This document shows positions 7,504 to 9,981 of a stretch of DNA of 9,981 bases, in pieces; positions within the stretch are counted from its first letter, which is position 1; every line of letters begins with the position of its first letter. The notes beneath the pieces were generated by a model that saw nothing but the letters and a program-made list of their open reading frames with translations, was not told where the DNA came from and did not search any database. This DNA comes from a virus (lineage: Duplodnaviria > Heunggongvirae > Uroviricota > Caudoviricetes), in the IMG/VR virus record IMGVR_UViG_2541047944_000001; one strand, given 5' to 3'. Made by a program: the position numbers and the translations under genes.

Positions 7504-7536
7504 GGCGACCGCCCCCGGTCGCCTTTGTTTTATGTG
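7504..7536 (+). terminator. Intrinsic terminator for the RHH transcript (plus-strand orientation), located between the convergent RHH and AlpA-like genes
   Basis: Perfect 8-bp GC-rich stem GGCGACCG (7504..7511) / CGGTCGCC (7516..7523) with loop CCCC, followed by TTTGTTTTATGTG. Confidence 0.6.
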
Positions 7537-7550
7537 CCATCACTCCCCCC

Positions 7551-7739
7551 TTACACCGTCTGCGTTCTGCGAGTGGATGCAAGATAAGCATCGAGATCAG
7601 TGCGCATATACAGCACTTTGCGCCCCAGCTTATGAAAAGGGATTTTTACCTTGCCAGTACACGCCCAGTTAGCAAGAGTCTGGACACTTACCCCCAAATG
7701 CTCGGCAGCTTCTTTGCGGGTCATCTTTTCTAAATGCAT
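7551..7739 (-). CDS. alpA: AlpA / excisionase-family helix-turn-helix DNA-binding protein (MerR-like HTH_17), about 62 aa
   Basis: MTRKEAAEHLGVSVQTLANWACTGKVKIPFHKLGRKVLYMRTDLDAYL is a typical excisionase/AlpA winged-HTH. The ATG at 7739 has GGTGA 5 nt upstream; the track's start at 7748 is a GTG. Position between integrase and replication genes is typical of P4-like and PICI elements. Symbol given by family resemblance only. Confidence 0.7.
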   Translation of the reverse strand: MHLEKMTRKEAAEHLGVSVQTLANWACTGKVKIPFHKLGRKVLYMRTDLDAYLASTRRTQTV

Positions 7740-7811
7740 GAGTATCACCGTATACTTCTGATTAAGAACAGGTATACGTTATTTAGCGATGGGGAAGTCT
7801 TGAAGACAGGA

Positions 7812-7841
7812 AAACCAGATACAAAATCGCATATCTGGTTT
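7812..7841. promoter_or_regulatory. Perfect 10-bp inverted repeat AAACCAGATA-N10-TATCTGGTTT upstream of the AlpA-like gene, followed by two CTGGATT direct repeats at 20-bp spacing; candidate operator or recombinase arm-type sites
   Basis: Arms at 7812..7821 and 7832..7841. CTGGTTT at 7835 and CTGGATT at 7855 and 7875, each 20 bp apart. About 70-100 bp upstream of the alpA start. Confidence 0.35.
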
Positions 7842-7880
7842 ACATGGCTGAAATCTGGATTACAGAGGATAAAACTGGAT

Positions 7881-8567
7881 TTATTCTTTGTCTCCAATAA
7901 CTAACTTAAAATCCCTGTTTTTTTGCGGGGATTTTGGATTCATCCCCGACTCCTTAAGCCATCTCTCTATAGTCCCAACTACAGGGACATCATTCCATTT
8001 ATTGCGTAAGTGCGCGTATATCTCTGCGGATAGCCCGGGTAAACTGGCATTAGGGTATTTTTTCCAAGTGTTACAAGCTATAGATAACGCTGTTGATTTA
8101 TGCCTGTTTGTTTTTCCTTTCTTTGCTTTACTACGGTCTTCACTGATAATTTTCTTTACATTAGCTATATCACGTACTGATTTTAATAAATTCTCCGACA
8201 CTAAAATCGCATATCTTTCACGTAACTGATCTGCAAGTCTGTTGAAACCAAGAACTTCAAATATAATGGCAGCTTTCAAAATATCATTGAATTCTGAATA
8301 TGCACTATTAAATTTTTTATCAAAATCATCTCCATACCCGGCACATACAGAAATATTAACCTTTAAATCCTTATTTTCTATCTCTGACGATAATGATAAT
8401 CTCTCCTCCAGAGACATTTTAGATGGTGTGATATTTGCCATATCGCATATCGTTTTTTTTACAAAAGAAGACGCCAGTTCATATCTAATATAATCTGCAA
8501 TAGTATTCATATCCTTCGCATCATTATGGTCAAATTCTATTGCAGCAATGATTTTATTTTCTGACAT
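7881..8567 (-). CDS. Hypothetical protein (228 aa), AT-rich cargo gene immediately downstream of and overlapping the integrase gene
   Basis: ATG at 8567 preceded by GGTGG; overlaps the integrase stop by 14 nt. By eye roughly 35% GC against roughly 50% for neighbours. No recognisable catalytic motif. Confidence 0.7.
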   Translation of the reverse strand: MSENKIIAAIEFDHNDAKDMNTIADYIRYELASSFVKKTICDMANITPSKMSLEERLSLSSEIENKDLKVNISVCAGYGDDFDKKFNSAYSEFNDILKAAIIFEVLGFNRLADQLRERYAILVSENLLKSVRDIANVKKIISEDRSKAKKGKTNRHKSTALSIACNTWKKYPNASLPGLSAEIYAHLRNKWNDVPVVGTIERWLKESGMNPKSPQKNRDFKLVIGDKE

Positions 8568-9981
8568 TCAAACCACCATTTGAATTAACGATACTAAATA
8601 GTAATGCGCGTTTCTCACTGTCACTCATACTCTCCAGTGCGGAAAGCAATTGCGCATCGATAGATTTTTTACTCTCCACCAGCCCGGCATGTTCCAGAAT
8701 TGCCCGTTCTATCCGTGACGCTGGCTCCAGCAGTTCATCAGCACCAAAATGTAAATACCCCTGCGTTACGTCAGCACTTCGCATAGTACGGTGATTCATC
8801 AGGCGCTTGAGGATGTAATTGCCCACGCCCACCAGTTCGGCAACCGTTCCGAACGTCCGGCGTGCATCGTGCCATTTGAATGGTACAGGGGAGAGCATTT
8901 CATCGTTCGACTCTGGAACAGTAGCCGCGCTTATCCGGTCTATGATGTGCCGTGTTTCCTGAATCACTCCCTTCACACCAGGAAACACCAGAACATCATC
9001 AGCGTTTTTTATTTTCAGTCGGCGGTGGAACATTTCCCGCAACGTATCAGTAATCGGTAATTCGAGCGGATCCCCGTTTTTCGTGGTGTCTATCCAGAAA
9101 AAACGACCGCCCATATTCACGCGATCCCACGTAAGGCCAAAAATTTCTGATTTCCTCAGTCCGGTAAAAAGCGCCATTTCCACGGCATCGCATACCGTCA
9201 CCGCTATATCATCCCTTTCCTGTTCGCCCTGGTCGCGCACAGCAGCTACAGCAGCAAACCAGCGGGGAAAATCATGCAGGCGGATACGTTCCGTTTTTCT
9301 TACCGTTCCGTGCCACTGGCGCTTGGTGCTCAGTACCAGAGTCGGCGGATCCGGTAAAAGAGTATTACCCGCATCATCACGGTAATGATCATGCGCAAAC
9401 CGACACACAGCACGTAGCGCACGCGCCCATAAATCGGCCTGTGCCTTGCTTCCTGTACCAACCCCAGCCCGTAACGTGGTTTTATCAGCACCGAACCATA
9501 CAGCCCCATCAGTGATGGCCTTATGCCGTTGTTCCACCCGTTCGCGGGAAATACTGGCGAGGGTATGGGCCATCCAGTCACCGGAATAATTCTGTAATAT
9601 GCTGCGGTACTGTTTTTCTGTGGCGGGTTTCAGGCGGTGGCCACGATTTTTTACGTAGGCGTCAATCGCCTCACTCAGCGTTATCATGGCCTTGTTGTTA
9701 GTGCGCTTTGCTATGTTCGGATTTATCCCCGTTGTGGCGACTTCGCCAAGGAGTTCCATAGCTTTAGCCCGGGCATTATCCACGCTCAGATCAGGAAAAC
9801 GCCCCAGCGTTGCACGAATAAATTTTCCGTTACGCTTACGGGAAATGCAGAAACTTTTCACACCAGACGAACCTACACGGACACGCAGCCCGTTAACCTC
9901 CGTATCACCATATTCGACCTGTCCATGTTCCGGCGTTGGCAGTTCTGCAATTTTTACTTTAGAGAATCTGAATAATTTCAC
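8554..9981 (-). CDS. int: Tyrosine recombinase / integrase, P4-type (N-terminal arm-binding domain plus C-terminal catalytic domain); 5' end at the window edge
   Basis: N-terminus (...GLRVRVGSSGVKSFCISRKRNGKFIRATLGRFPDLSVDNARAKA...) matches the P4-integrase arm-binding domain pattern. The C-terminus carries a catalytic-type HxxR motif (WHDARRTF) and a candidate Tyr (QGYLH). The ORF reaches position 9981 with a GTG as its first codon, so the true start may be here or just beyond the window. Confidence 0.9.
   Translation of the reverse strand: MKLFRFSKVKIAELPTPEHGQVEYGDTEVNGLRVRVGSSGVKSFCISRKRNGKFIRATLGRFPDLSVDNARAKAMELLGEVATTGINPNIAKRTNNKAMITLSEAIDAYVKNRGHRLKPATEKQYRSILQNYSGDWMAHTLASISRERVEQRHKAITDGAVWFGADKTTLRAGVGTGSKAQADLWARALRAVCRFAHDHYRDDAGNTLLPDPPTLVLSTKRQWHGTVRKTERIRLHDFPRWFAAVAAVRDQGEQERDDIAVTVCDAVEMALFTGLRKSEIFGLTWDRVNMGGRFFWIDTTKNGDPLELPITDTLREMFHRRLKIKNADDVLVFPGVKGVIQETRHIIDRISAATVPESNDEMLSPVPFKWHDARRTFGTVAELVGVGNYILKRLMNHRTMRSADVTQGYLHFGADELLEPASRIERAILEHAGLVESKKSIDAQLLSALESMSDSEKRALLFSIVNSNGGLNVRK

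Larger units (their letters stand above)
1..9981. mobile_element. Part of an integrated phage satellite / prophage-like element (P4-type integrase and replication module plus own capsid and small terminase); window covers the integrase-proximal portion
   Basis: Gene content and order on the minus strand: integrase, AlpA-like regulator, primase/helicase with adjacent iterons, protease-capsid fusion, small terminase. Mosaic GC composition. No att site or tRNA is visible inside the window, so the boundaries are not defined. Confidence 0.7.

Noticed and set aside
7031-7591. 186-aa minus-strand ORF spanning the divergent intergenic region
   Set aside because: It runs antisense through the RHH gene, both terminators and the operator palindromes. 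Its start lies inside the AlpA-like gene. The translation is low-complexity with no motif. Most likely a chance ORF.
7888-8493. Plus-strand ORFs of 113 and 83 aa antisense to the 228-aa gene, and a hairpin AAAATCCC...GGGATTTT at 7909..7936
   Set aside because: The ORFs are an artefact of AT-rich sequence lacking stop codons in the opposite frame. The hairpin lies inside the coding 3' end and has no T-tract on either strand.
9979-9981. Integrase truncated by the window edge
   Set aside because: The ORF does reach the last base, but the arm-binding domain begins within the first ~30 residues and a GTG is present at 9979..9981. The gene is therefore probably complete or missing only a few codons, so I did not call it a pseudogene or fragment.

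Overview
This window looks like the integrase-proximal half of an integrated phage satellite or small prophage-like element, probably from an enterobacterium (about 50% GC overall). Nearly all genes are on the minus strand, running from a P4-type tyrosine integrase at the right edge (8554..9981) through an AT-rich cargo gene, an AlpA/excisionase-like regulator, an HNH-AP2 endonuclease, two small unknown ORFs, a P4 alpha-like primase/helicase, then a fused prohead protease-major capsid gene and a Nu1-like small terminase. A small ribbon-helix-helix gene (7236..7409, + strand) that is missing from the supplied ORF track sits divergently from the replication operon, with two perfect GGTAATTACC palindromes at its start; I propose it as the element's repressor. 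Downstream of the primase is an array of nine TGTTCACC-type iterons (the motif I recall as the P4 alpha binding site), which I read as the origin. An 85-bp near-identical direct repeat (84/85) occurs twice in intergenic DNA, once before the capsid operon and once before the terminase gene. The combination of P4-type replication with the element's own capsid and terminase genes resembles capsid-forming PICI-like satellites. All functional calls are from motif recognition by eye; no database search was run.
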